From Phaeosaccion multiseriatum (taxonomy: Eukaryota > Protista > Ochrophyta, other classes): a DNA stretch of 64,000 nucleotides. The DNA is taken from contig OZ218954.1 of assembly GCA_965112735.1 (NCBI GenBank), forward strand, positions 372,001 through 436,000. The letters are read 5' to 3'. Made by a program: the position numbers and the translations under genes. This document shows positions 1 through 12,500 of the stretch, piece after piece. The notes under the pieces are model-generated. The model made no database searches. It was not told the origin of the DNA and worked only from the letters and a program-made list of their open reading frames with translations. Within the stretch, counting starts at the first letter, position 1. Each line of letters opens with the position of its first letter.

Positions 1-1246
1 TGCTCCCAGCGGAGCAGGAAGAGAAGCGAAAGAAGGAGATGGAGAAGAGGAAGAAGAAGGGCTGTGACATGTCTTCGAGCGCAGACAGGGTAGATTGCGC
101 AAGTGGTGACCACTTCGTAGGGTTTTCTTCGCCGCCCCTTGGTCGCACGTCTAAGCGGTACGTTCTCAATTATCGCCTCTTCGCCGCCCTTTCTGTACAT
201 ACCTTGACACACTTTCTTGCCCCTGTTGCTCTCGCCCCCTTTCTACATCTTTTCTTTGTGCTAACAGGGGTGAGAACGACGAGGATGAGGACGAGGAGGA
301 TGGTAATACGGGCGAGGAGGGGGGCGGTTGTGGTGGGGGAGGGTTTGGGACGAAGAATAGACCACCAGCGCAGACTGAGTTCATCAAGGTAGCACTCCAG
401 GCGGCAAAGGATCAAGAGAAAGGGTTGCCTGCTTGGCAAACTCCCTACTTCAGGGCCTCGACGCCAAGCCGCCAGTCTGAAGTGGGGGGGGTACGCCCAA
501 CGTGACGTGTATGTCCACCTCTTCCACAACCTTGGAGAGGACCATCGACAGCCTCTTTGCGCATGGCATACCTCGTCAAAGTGTGTACAAGCTAAAGGAT
601 GGACGTCGCCGCAGCGGGCTGTGTATGTCACCAGCCTCGAGGACAACTTTTTCATGGTGGGGACAAGGCATCGGTGTACAGAGCGATTGGAGGAGAAGAA
701 ACGGGTGAAAGCTGAGTACAACGAGGCGGAGAAGAGGAAGGAAACATTGCAAGAGCAGGTTCGTGTGCTTCGGTTGTGTCTCATTTGCGCTACTCTCTGG
801 GGCTTTTGATGAAGACGCCTCGCCTCTCTTCTTCGCCCTCCTTCCTTGTCCCCACCCCTGTTCAGATTGCCGCTCAGAAGAAAGCCGTTAGCGAGTACTC
901 GACCTCCTTCTACTCCTACGACCCACGCGTCACCACAGCGTGTAAGGAGAACGTGTGCTTCCAGTGGGTGACTGCAGAGCTGCCTGGAGGATCAGCCGTG
1001 GGAGCAGGGGGAGCAACAGCAGGAGTAGGAGTAGTACGTGCCGGTTCTGCTGCTGCTGCTGGAGGAGGAGGAGGAGGAGGAGGACGAGGAGCTGCTGCTG
1101 CTGGAGGAGGAGCTGCTGCTGCTGGAGGAGGACGAGGAGGGGAAAGGGCAGCAGCAGCAGAAGTAGGACCACCGCCGGCACCAGCAGCCGCAGCACTGTG
1201 GCCTGCAATGGGAGGATCAGGGGCAGGACCGGCGGCTGGAGGATAG
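1..1246 (+). CDS. 5'-truncated multi-exon hypothetical protein (possibly degenerate); Cys/His-containing segment reminiscent of DUF6729-like proteins
   Basis: ORF 507-759 (DVYVHLFH...C..H..KC...GW...RAVYVTSLEDNFFMVGTRHRC) has a donor CAG|GTTCGT at 760 and splices in phase to TTCAG|ATT at 866 (IAAQKK...FYSYDPRV...), ending at TAG 1246. The frame upstream of ~390 is interrupted. The family resemblance is from memory only. Confidence 0.3.
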
Positions 1247-1931
1247 GGGGCAGGAGCAGCTGTAGCACCTGCAGACTCTGCTGCTGCAGAGGGTGGTGTC
1301 GCTCTCGGGGGGCGGAGGTGAGAGAACCCGCGAGACAGAGCTACGGAAGAGGAGGGAGGCCGAGAAAAGGAGAAGAACAGAGGCAGGCGCGGAGGGGAGG
1401 GAGAGGGCAAAGCTCCAGAAAAGGGCAGCGCGGCAAAGGGAAAGGGAAAGGTTACAGCAGGCTAAGCAGGGCCCTTCAGGGTGACTCTTACCTTTCTGTG
1501 TACGTAGTAATGGAAATAGTAATGGAAGAAGGGGAGGAGCGAGCAGCACCGAGGAGGAGGAGGAGGAGGAGAAGGAGGAGGAGGAGGAGGAGGAGGAAGA
1601 GGAGGAGGAGGAGGAGGAGGAGCTGCAGCAGCAGCACCAGCAGCAGCACCAGCAGCAGCTGCAGCCGCGCACTGTGGCCGGCAACGGGAGAAAAAAAGAA
1701 GCGAGAGGAAGGCGCGAATAAACAGTTTCAGTTTCCTTTTTTTCGTTTTTTTTTTAAACTTGTCGTCACTGGACTATTATCATTACGAGCGCTCCACCTC
1801 TAATAAAGGAAGGCAAGAGCCCCCGCCTTATGCAGCGACGTGGATTGCGATTGGTAGTGTCCCATTACTTGCACAAGGTGCCTCTGTTTGGCTGCTGAAC
1901 GGCGAGCGTGGCTGAGTGAGGCCCAGCATGC

Positions 1932-2556
1932 ATGATCTGGCGCAAAAGGGATAATCCGATAATCCAGAAGGAGGACGCGGACAAGGAGGAGGGGCTCACG
2001 GGCAACTGCGAGCTCAATGCCGACGAGGTGAGAGGAGAGAGAAGAGGCACACCGGCTTACGTATCATCGGGCATCTCTGCCTCTCCTTTTCAACCAACCA
2101 CCAATGCTCAGTGCTTCTCTGATCTCTTTTGTGGGCCGGTTGTGGCTCTGACTGTGGCGGCGCTAACGATTGGCTGTGATGTGTGGCTGCTTCCTGTTGC
2201 TTGCTGTCCTGTCCTCTTCTGTGCAAACAGCTTGGTTGGCGCACGTTTGCATGGATCATATAATGCAAACAGACAGTGGGCCTTGTTTCCGGCCGGCCTT
2301 TCTGCTGGCAAGCACAAACTGGAGCTTGCCGGCGTCGTGGACAAGGGGGGTGTGGCCTTTATGCGCAAGCGGTACAGCGTCTGCCGTCGCAAATATTACC
2401 ACGATGCAGAGCATGATCGCCGAGCAGCAGGGAGGAGGAGGAGGCATGTGGCTGCAATTTCATGCCGGGGCCGGGCATGGGAGGCCCCACAGGAGTGCCC
2501 CCCCCCCTGGGATGGGCCCACCGCGGGCATGATGATAACTTTCCCTTTCCCGCCAG
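1932..2556 (+). CDS. Two predicted exons (1932-2027, 2277-2556) of unknown function; possibly the 5' exons of the downstream deaminase-Fanzor gene
   Basis: Phase-0 GT at 2028 matches the acceptor before 2277. The phase-1 donor GTGAGT at 2557 is compatible with phase-1 acceptors before 3251 or 3257. An exon-like segment at 2908-3086 does not fit this phase. Confidence 0.3.
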
Positions 2557-3258
2557 GTGAGTGAGTGCGTGAGTGAGTGCGTGAGTGAGTGAGTGAGTGA
2601 GTGAGTGACGGAGGGAGGGAGGGAGGGCGTGAGCGAGGGAGGGAGTGAATGAGAGACTGAGAGAGGGAGTGAGTGAGTGAGGGAGTGCGTGAATGAGTGG
2701 GTGAATGAGTGGGTGAATGAGTGAGCGAGTGAGTGGGTGAATGAGTGGGTGACCAACACGGAAGAGCGGGCGGTCGCAGAAGAGGAGAGAAGGGAAGAGA
2801 AGGGCGGATGGAAGGAGGCTGATCCTTCACTCCTTCGCCCGCCTTTTGTCTCTTTTGTCCCCTCCCATGTCCCCCTCTCACTCCTTTTGCTTGCTCTGGC
2901 GAGGCAGCATTTGGGTGTTCCTGCCGAACCTTTTTGGCCTGAAATTGAGTTTCAGCTCATGAGGGGAAAAGAAATCTTTAGAACCCTATTACACTCAGCT
3001 GCCTGGGAGCTGCGGGGAGTGAAAAAACAGGCTATGGCCCGGGTGCTGGCACCCTCCCTTCAGCAGCAGCACTCCTACGAAGAGAGGTGAGCGAGAGGTT
3101 TGAGAGGTTGGGTAGGAGGAAAAGAGGGATGAGTAGCGGCCCGGGCAGGAGGAACAACAACTAGTAGCTACGCAACACCCTCTCTCCCGTTTGCGTCATT
3201 CTCCCCAACGACAAACTTACCCCTCCTGTGTGCTGTGGCACCTGCCTCAGTAACAGCC

Positions 3259-4824
3259 ATGAACGGCGCAAGAGAGGAGAGAGAACTCAAGGCATGGAAA
3301 CGTGCCTTCGGAGTCCTCCAGGCATGCGAACCATCCTTCCGACTCATCCTTTCATGGCCTGAAGCCTACGAGGCAGCTGCCGGACTCTGCCACGAACTTT
3401 TTCCACACAAAGCAGACCTTTGTGTGGAGGGCCAGGCTCACGCGCAAACGAGAATAAGGTGAGGAGCGAGAATGGGACAAAGAGAGGGCGGGGGGAGAGA
3501 GTGGTGAGAGCAGCAGCACACACTGGACACGCATCTCTGCTGCGCAGGGGAGAAGGGGAAAGAAGACTTGAACTGCACTCTCTTGTTTCCCTTCCTGCCT
3601 GCGTGTTCGGGAAAGGGAAACTTGCCTCTCATCCCCTCTGCCTACCCTCTCGCCCCGCTGTGCTTTGGCAGCTGCCTCAGTGACAACACGTACGGCCTAA
3701 GAGAGGGAGAGAGGATGGGACAGGAGGCTTCCTCCGAACTGTTTGCCAGGTGGAGTTCATTGTTCGGCGAACTCTTCGACTCATATATGATCCACATCGT
3801 GCACCTCCAGTTAGCCAAACCCAAGTTGTTGGGTTTGGCAGGTGTGCTACGCTCCAACGAACCATGTCAGGAAAAGGTGAGTAGTGAGTGTGTTTCTTTC
3901 TTCGTGTGAAAGGGGGGGCTTTTCTTGGTAGGGGAAGAAAGGGAGGAGAGGGGAGCGAGTCTTCCCTAGTGAGAGGGACTTCAGGGGGGAGAGAGAGAGA
4001 GAGTGAGCGGAGGGGGGGGGAGGGGCAACGCGGAAGGAGGAAAGTAAGGTAGTGAATGAGAGGCTGGGCCCTGATTCATGTATAATCCGTGGAGAGGAAG
4101 GTCCATCTCGTCCCGAGTTTGAGCAGTGAGGGAGGGAGGGGAAGGGATGGGATGGGACTTCTGTCGCCAGCTGTGACAGAAACGGACCTCCATCCATCTC
4201 TCTCACATCATTTCTTCCACATTTGCCCTTGCTCCCTCGTTTTGTCCTCCTTCTCGCAACAAAACCACTCACCTGTATGTCCCACTCACTCTTTGCTTTC
4301 GTGCCTCGTCTGTCCTTTCGTCTTTGGTCCGGCGCAGCACTTGGACTCGCGGTTGGACTTGGACTTGGACCCAAACCGAGCAGGAGGGGCAGCGGCACCC
4401 GCGGCCAACAGCAGTAGCAGAGCGATTGGTAGCATTGGAAGCCTCGGAGGTATCGGCAGTCTCAGCGGTTCAACGGATAGTCTGAGTCAAGAGCAGGCTG
4501 GAGTGGGTATGGGCAGTGACGGTGGTGGTGGTGGTGGAGGAGGTTGTGGTGGTGGGGGAAGGGGGCGAAGAAGAGGAGGAGGGGGGGGGAGGGGGCGAGG
4601 AAGAGCAGGAGGAGGAGGAGGAGGAGGAGGAGGAGGAGGAGGAGGAGGAGGAGGAGGAGGAGGAGCCACGCCCAGCGATGGCTCCGCGTCAGGCTCTCCG
4701 TCTGGACCGCCGGGTGAGGACAAAGGAGGGTGGATATTTGTATCGTACGGAGGACGAAAGCACCGGCATGGAGCAAAGCCAGGCAGAGGGCCGGAGGGGC
4801 TGCCACAGACCGCCACAGGAGGAG

Positions 4825-4866
<42 letters not shown>

Positions 4867-7800
4867 GAGGAGGAGGGGGGAGACAAACTTCTGGCGAGAG
4901 CTCACAGCCCGTCAGAGTCTCCGCATCGAGGAAAAGAGCCCGCGGAGCAGCAGCAGGGGCAGCAGCAGCAGGAGGAGGAGGAGGAGGAGGAGGAGGAGGA
5001 GGAGGAGGAGGAGGAGGAGGAGGAGGAGGAGGAGGAGGAGGAGGAGGAGGAGGAGGAGGAGGAGGAGGAGGAGGGAGGGGACAGGCGCATTCGGACTGCC
5101 CATATCATCCTCTTCCTCAGCTATGGGAGTGGATCCCCGTAGAAGCAGGAGGAGGAAGAGGAGGAGGAGGAGGAGGAGGAGGAGGAGGAGGAGGAGGACG
5201 AGGACGAGGAGGAGGAGGACGAGGACGAGGAGGACGAGGACGAGGAGGAGGAGGAGGAGGAGGACGAGGACGAGGAGGAGGAGGACGAGGACGAGGAGGA
5301 GGAGGAGGAGGACGACGACGACGAGGAGGAGGAGGAGGAGGAGGACAAGGACGAGGACGAGGAGGAGGAGGAGGAGGAGGAGGAGGAGGAGGAGGAGGAG
5401 GGGGGAGACAAACTTCTGGCGAGAGCTCACAGCACGTCAGAGTCTCCGCATCGAGGAAAAGAGCCCGCGGAGCAGCAGCAGGGGCAGCAGCAGCAGGAGG
5501 AGGAGGGGGAGGAGGGGGAGGAGGAGGAGGAGGAGGAGGAGGAGGAGGAGGAGGAGGACGAAGGGGAGGAGGAGGAGGAGGAGAGGGAGGAGGAGGAGGA
5601 GGAGGAGAAGGAGGAGGAGGAGCAGGAGGAGCAGGAGGAGCAGGCGGAGGAGGCGGAGGAGGCGGAGGAGGAGGAAGAGGAGCAGGAGCAGGAGCAGGAG
5701 GAAGAGGAGGAGGAGGCGGAGGAGGAGGAGGAGGAGGAGGAGGAGGACGAGGAGGAGGAGGAGGAGGACGAGGAGGAGGAGGACGAGGAGCAGGAGGAGG
5801 AGGAGGAAGAGGACGAGGACGAAGACAAGCCTCTGGCGAGAGGTCACCGACCCCTCCGAGAAAAAGATCTCGAGGAGGAGGAGGAGGAGGAGGAGGAGGA
5901 GGAGGAGGAGGAGGAGGAGGAGGAGGAGGAGGAGGAGGAGGAGGAGGAGGAGGAGGAGGAGGAGGAGGAGGAGGAGGAGGAGGAGGAGGAGGAGAAGGAG
6001 GAGGAGGAGAAGGAGGAGGAAGAGGCGGAGGAGGAAGAGGAGCAGGAGCAGGAGCAGGAGGAGGAGGAAGAGGAGGAGGACGAGGAGGAGGAGGAGGAGG
6101 AGGAGGAGGAGGAGGAGGAGGAGGAGGAGGAGGAGGAGGACGAAGACAAGCCTCTGGCGAGAGGTCACCGACCCCTCCGAGAAAAAGATCTCGAGGAGCA
6201 GCAGCAGCAGCAGCAGCAGGAGGAGGAGGAGGAGGAAGAGATGATGGCAGCAGTGACGAGGACTGCTCTGACACTGAGCTGCAGGGGGAGCGAGGCACGG
6301 CGACGGCGAGTCCGAAGGTGAGGAGAGCTTTGGCTGGGGGGCAAAGACGAGGCACGCAAGCTTGCTTCTGTTTCCCTCAAATAGTTGGTTAATTTTTTTG
6401 TGCTTGCTTTCATCGCCCCCCTCGGTCTCCCCAACAACAGGAGCCCACTCGCCGATCCAAGAGGGCAAGGAAGCCCAAGGCTTGGTCCAGCGATTACGAA
6501 TCGACCAATGACGAGGAGTGCAAGAGAAAGCAGAGAGGCAGGGGTGGACAGGGCAGCAAGAAGGTGAGAGGCCTTGGCCTTGCCAGTATCACACTGACTG
6601 GCTGGCTGACTGTGAGCGAGCGTGTGGCTGCGTCCTCCCTGCCTTGCTCGGACCCTTCTAACACCCCTCTCTTCTTGACCCCTTGCTCCCGGTCGTGTAT
6701 ATACTGCCTCATCATGTGCGTCTTAACAGAAGGGGGAGGAGGACAAGGCAGAGGGGCAGAAGGCAGCTGTGTCGAGGGTAGTCCAGTCCTTCCAGAACGT
6801 AGTGCCAAACTTCGTTGTGGACGTGGCCCGGCGTTGTCGTCCCTCAGGAGCACGGGCGGAGACGAGGAAAAGGCAGCAGGTCCATGCTCAAGAAGACAGG
6901 GCCAGCTTGACTTTCCAATCGGCAGACGCCGGGGGTAAGGTGCAGCTCTTGCGCAACAATTTCAGGTCATGGTGGCGGGCTGAGGAGCGAAACGCTTGCT
7001 ATTTTTTGCCATTGATCGGCAAGCTCCGAGCCTTTGTGGTCGATCGTCCCACGGTCCTTGGTAGTGAGCAAGCGGTCATGATTACGGCGGTGCTCGAGGA
7101 GCAGAAGAGGGATGACCACACCGACTCCCAGCAGCAGCAGCAGCAGCAGCAGCAACAGCAACAGCAGCAGCAGCAGCAAGAACACCACTCTTCGGGGAGA
7201 AGCAGTCGTGTAAAGTTCCGCATCTTCCTGATCGGAGACCTCACGGTGCGGGGCGTGGAGCAAGAGGGGGGAGAGGCGCCCATCACTCTGAAGGATATAA
7301 AGTTTCCGGTGGGGGGAGAGCGGGAGGAAAACTTTTCTTGTCTGGGTAAGCAGGAGGCGCCAAAGGCTGCAGCGGCCTTGCTCCAGCGCCTCAAACGGTC
7401 GGACGATTGCCTCGCCCTTGTCGTTAGACGGGAAAGTGGTGAGGGGGAGAAGAAGGGCCATTGCAGGGGTACGCTCCTGTTCAGCGCCCTCCACTTGCCC
7501 ATCGAAGACGTGCACCGGCTCAATGCAGTGGCACCCGCCGCCATCACGAAAGGGGGGCCGACTGTGGCGCCGAAAGGGGGGCCGACTGTGGCGCCTGGCA
7601 AGCATTCTGTGAGCCAATTGGCGGATACATGTACGACCATCGCCGTAGCCGGGAAGCCCGACCTCGTGCCCAAGCTCAAGCAGTTGGCTGCGAAAGTGTT
7701 TGAGAAAGCGGTGGAGCGAGGAAAGGCAGGGGGTGAGCGGTTCGGAGCGATTGCTGCCGGCCTGCTCAACACGGACACCGGCGCTATACTCGTGTCTGGC

Positions 7801-9486
7801 AGGCAGGGGCCGTGTAGAGCTCACCCCCAATCGGGTCTCCATGGCATCACCGAGGATGGTGCTCATGCTGAGCCAGATGTCATTTCCAGGGCACTGCGGC
7901 GGGATGACTGGCATTGCAAGCAGGCGCTCGTGCTGGTTGTGTCCACAGCCCCATGTTATGCGTGCGCCAGATTCATTGTGCAAATTGTGACGGAGGGTAA
8001 GCTGAACATCACCCACGTCATTGCCGGAGAGGCTGAAGCCGTCGTTCGACTGGATGGAGTCGACAAACTGAGGGAGACCAACATTCAGGTAGGTAGGGTA
8101 GTGAGAGAGAGACCCTCGCTCAGCCCACCTCCGCTGCCTTTCTCGCCCTCCAACTCACTCTCCTCCTGTGCTGTGGACTGACGCATGTACATGTGTGTGT
8201 GTGTGTGTGAAATGCAGGTGCTTAGAGACGAGGTGTTTTGTGCTAATCTCCTGCCCCGGTACACAGCGACGGCTATCCCCGACACCACCATATCGGCTCA
8301 CTATGCGGCCGGGGAGGCAGATTGGCGCAGCTCCGCCGAGCTTCCTCTTCTGCTCTTCTCTAGTCCGGAGTGGCAGGAAGGGGGGGCAGGCGAGAGGCAT
8401 CTCGAGGGGCCTCTCCGACGCTCGATGCTTCTCGCTCTGGCGGCGGTCGGCATGAATGCAAGAAGAAGCTGGACAGACATGGGCCGAGAGAAGCAAAAGC
8501 GGCTGCGACAGGCAGCGATGAGAGAGGGGGGGCGTGGCGCAGGCTCAGTGCCTCCGCTGTTGCTTGTGGGCTCGGATCTTATGCAGGTCCTGCTGTCAGA
8601 GAAGCAGGGCGGCGGAGAGGGCGGCGCGTCGGAGGGGAGGAGGAATGAAGACGCTGGCGCTGCTGCTGTGAGAGATGCGGCGAGTCAGTCCCTCCCCCTC
8701 CTCAACAGCAATGACGATGTCGTCGGAGGCTTCCAGCCTTGGTTCGACGCCGATCCCGATGTCAGTGCAGGGGTGGTATGTCTTCGACCGTGGGGGCTTC
8801 GTCTGCGGGAGGGACGGCCTGTTCCAGCTTCTTTGGTCCAAGGGGATCTGACACCCCCAAAGCAGGTAGAACTCAAGCTAGAGCAGAGGAGAGAGAAGAA
8901 GACGAAACACTTCTCAAGGCTGGAGCGCAGAACCGAAGAGCAGCGGTGGAAGGACGCGTGCAAGCGAGCTTCCTTCGGCCTTTTCGCTGGAGACCCACGA
9001 AAGGCTGGAGAGAAGGACTTGGCCGGCGCGCAGCGGACTCTCGACGGAGCTCATAAGAGGGGGAAGAGGATGACGGGGGGTCCTGCTTCAGATGATGCGG
9101 AGGAGAAGAAGAAGAAGAAGGAGGAGGAGGAGGAGGAGGAGGAGGAGGAGGAGGAGGAGGAGGAGGAGGAGGAGGAGGAGGAGGAGGAGGAGGAGGAGGA
9201 GGAGAAGCAGGAGGAGAAGGAGGAGGAGAAGGAGGAAGAAGCGACCTTCCGCGTGAGGGCCGCGAGCATCAAACTCCAGCCCAGCGCAAGTGTGCAGCGT
9301 GTGATCGAGCAGGGGCTTCATTCCAGGGGGCTGGCCGATAAGATTATGAATCGCACGGCACTTCTGGCGGCCGTGCTACCCCTCCTACCTCGTTTTGTTT
9401 TGGAGGAGGGAGAGAGGGGCATGAGCAGCACGGGCGAGGAGGAGGGAGAGATGGAAGGGCCGGCTCCCTCCCCTACTAGCGACGCT

Positions 9487-9519
<33 letters not shown>

Positions 9520-12500
9520 CAGCAGCAGCAGGAGGAGAAGAAGAAGGGCCCACCGAGCGACATTTGCAACGACTGGAGGAAGCTGAGAGACGTTTTGTGG
9601 GCCTGGAGTCGGGCTCATGAGGCGGCCGGTGAGGAGGACACTGTTGATGATGCCGAGACTCTCATCCAGTGTGTGCGCGACGTTCTACTCAAACGTGATC
9701 CCTCGCTCCTCACCTCCATGGTGAAGGGGACTATCGTGGGCAAGGCGAAGCTCGCTGCCTTCCTCCCTGCTTTTCGGAGAATGGAGAAGCTTTTGGGTCT
9801 CGTGCGCAATGACGAGCTGCCGGAGGGCCAGAAGCGGGGGTTTACCATACACCCCGGTCAAACCTCCTACAGAGAACTTCTCGATCGATTCGAGACGTGC
9901 TTGGGTGTTTTGACGTCAGCCAGGTGCACCGACAGCACCCGACAGCAGGAGCTCACAGCATGGGCATTGGAGTGCGTGGGAAAGGATGGAGACAAGAAGG
10001 TCATTCCCCACTCTTCAAAGCGGGGCAAGGGGAGGGGGAAGAAGAAGAAGAAGAAGAAGAAGAGCAAGCAGAAGGAGATAGAAGGGGCGCAACAGGCTGG
10101 GCGCACAAAACGAATGCGGGCGGGCTCTAGAAAGACACACGCTCAAGTCCAGGAGGAGCGGCTGAAGAAATGTGAGAAGCTTGGCACCGAAGTGTGGAAG
10201 AGCAGCGTGCGTGCTGTGTGGGGCGACATCGACGCCTTGTTGAGGAGGATACTGGCCCCGCTCTTCGCCCACGACAAGGAGTTTATGGGCCGAGAGGACA
10301 AAGTTGTAGGGGAGTTGAAGGAGCTTCTCGAGTCCGCATCCGAGGAGAACATGGCATGGGCAACACTATTCGGATCAGAGTCGGCGAAGGGGCCAGGGAA
10401 GGAGGGGGAGAAGTTCCATCGCGACTTTGCCGGGAAGCTATTCTCCCTGCTCATCTCGGGACGGTATGAACGCTGCAAGCTGGTAAGTCTCCAGTACAGA
10501 AGGGGTCAAAACATGCAGCGCCTTGCAGCTGAGCTACAGCTGTATGTGTGTGTGTGTGTGTGTGTGCGTGTGCGTGCGTGCGTGTGTGTGTGTGTGCGTG
10601 CGTGCGTGCGTGTGTGTGTGTGCGCGTGCGTACGTGTGTGTGTGCGTGCGTGCGTGAGTGAATGAGTGCGTGCGTGCGTGCGTGTGTGCGTGCGTGTGTG
10701 TGTGTCTGTCTGTCTGTCTGTGTGTGTGCGTGCGTGCGTGTGTGTGTGTGCGTGTGTGTGTGTGTGCGTGTGTGTGTGCGTGTGTGTGTGCGTGTGCGTG
10801 TGTGTGTGTGTGCGTGTGTGTGTGTGTGTGCGTGTGTGTATGCGTGTGTGAGTGAGTGCGTGTGTGTGTGTGCGTGCGTGTTTGTGTGTGCGCGTGTGCG
10901 TGCATGTGTGTGTGTGTGTGCGTGCGTGCGTGTGTGAGTGCGGGCGTGCGTGCGTGCGGGCGTGCGTGCGTGCGTGCGTGCGTACGTGCGTGCGTGCGTG
11001 CGTGCGTGCGTGTGTGTGCGTGTGTGTGTGTGCGTGCGTGCGTGTGTGAGTGCGGGCGTGTGTGCGTGCGTGCGTGCGTGCGTGTGTGAGGGAGTGAGGG
11101 AGTGGGTTTCTGTGAGAGTGAGTGAGAGTGCGTGAGTGCGCGAGTGCGTGCTTGCATGCGTGGGTGCGTGCGTGCGTGAGGGAGTGAGGGGTTCTTTCCT
11201 TGCTCCTCCAAAAGCTCATTGCCTGTCTTCCCTTCTTGTCTCCACCCCGACCCATCTGTCCCGCACGCACACACACACACGCACACACACACGCAGGTGC
11301 AAGGGGGGCTCAGTGAGTTGGCGGCGCTGCACCTTGCGCAGGCCGAGATTGTTCTGTCCTTGACGGATCACTTTACGCGCAAGGTTGGCGCAGTGGGGAG
11401 TGAGGAGCGTCGCGGCAAGCAGGGAGGAGCCAAGCTGCCCGACAGAAGAATCTTGCTCGCCGATGTTGCCGCCCAGCTCAAGAAGATGGAGGCCTTGAAA
11501 GACCTCCATAGGGTTAAGGGTGACGCAGAGACACTGGGCCGAGATTTTGTGCAGTTCATAGTGCCGACCACTGAGTTTGCTGCAGACCCCAAAAGGAGTG
11601 ACGAGAAGATTACAGCTGCAGCTGCAAAGGTGGCGTTGCAGGCGGCTTTCGCTGCGGGTGCCTACGTTGAAGCTTCCAGCAGAAGAATGGACAGGTCAAC
11701 CTGGGTGGCAGCGGCGGCCTCTGGGGCAGCTGCCTTTTATTTTTCTCGTCTACAAGGATACCACCCCAGCGCCGAGGACAGGAAACTGGCGATGGCCATG
11801 GGGCGGTTGCTGGCACAGAAGCTTGAGACAGCTTCTTCTGATGCCTTCAAACCAACACCCTTCTCCAACGAGGAGACGACGGAGGACGAGGGAGAGAGTC
11901 GGGCGACGTGGCTCAAAAGAGCGGAAGAGGTGATGCGAGGAAGCGAGAGTCGGCCCATGCAGCCCGTGTTCCAGGCGTTGTTTCTTGTGACACTCTACAG
12001 GGAGTGGTACTCGAAGGGAACGCTCAAGGCTGACGATGAGAACCTTTCTCGCCTGGTGCTTCAGGCCCTGGCACGCACGGAACCGAGCGGGCCGAGCGGA
12101 CAATCCCCCGAGTGGACAGCGTTTCTTTGGGCTGCCCTTTATCAGCACTTGCGGCAGACCTACGGCCTTCCGAGGATCAAGAAGCAGAGGCTGGGCAGTA
12201 TGAAGCCCGCCAGCCTTGTCCAGGAGGCGAGGGAGATGGCGAGCAAGATGGTGCACGAGGAGGGAGAGGAGAGGAGTGAGGAGGGGAAGAAGGAGGCAGA
12301 GAAAGCAGCGTCGTCAAAAGCGGCAAGAGCGGCCTTGAGGTACTCACAGAAGTCTTTGGCGCACGAGCTGGGGGCTCAGCAGACCAACAGCGGACAGGTG
12401 CGCTACCGTGCAGCACGAGAGACGAGGAGGGAGGGGCAGGAGGAGGACTTCAAGGTGCGCAGCAGCTGTGAGTACCTGGAGGTGAGCTCAGAGTCCGACC

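Noticed and set aside
2908-3086. Additional exon of the Fanzor gene
   Set aside because: Exon-like, but its phases (0 in, 2 out) do not match the neighbouring predicted junctions; left unassigned.
6769-8181. Stand-alone RibD, dCMP deaminase or ADAT housekeeping gene
   Set aside because: No reductase or other expected partner domain, and the ORF has phase-matched splice links on both sides. Not fully excluded without cDNA.
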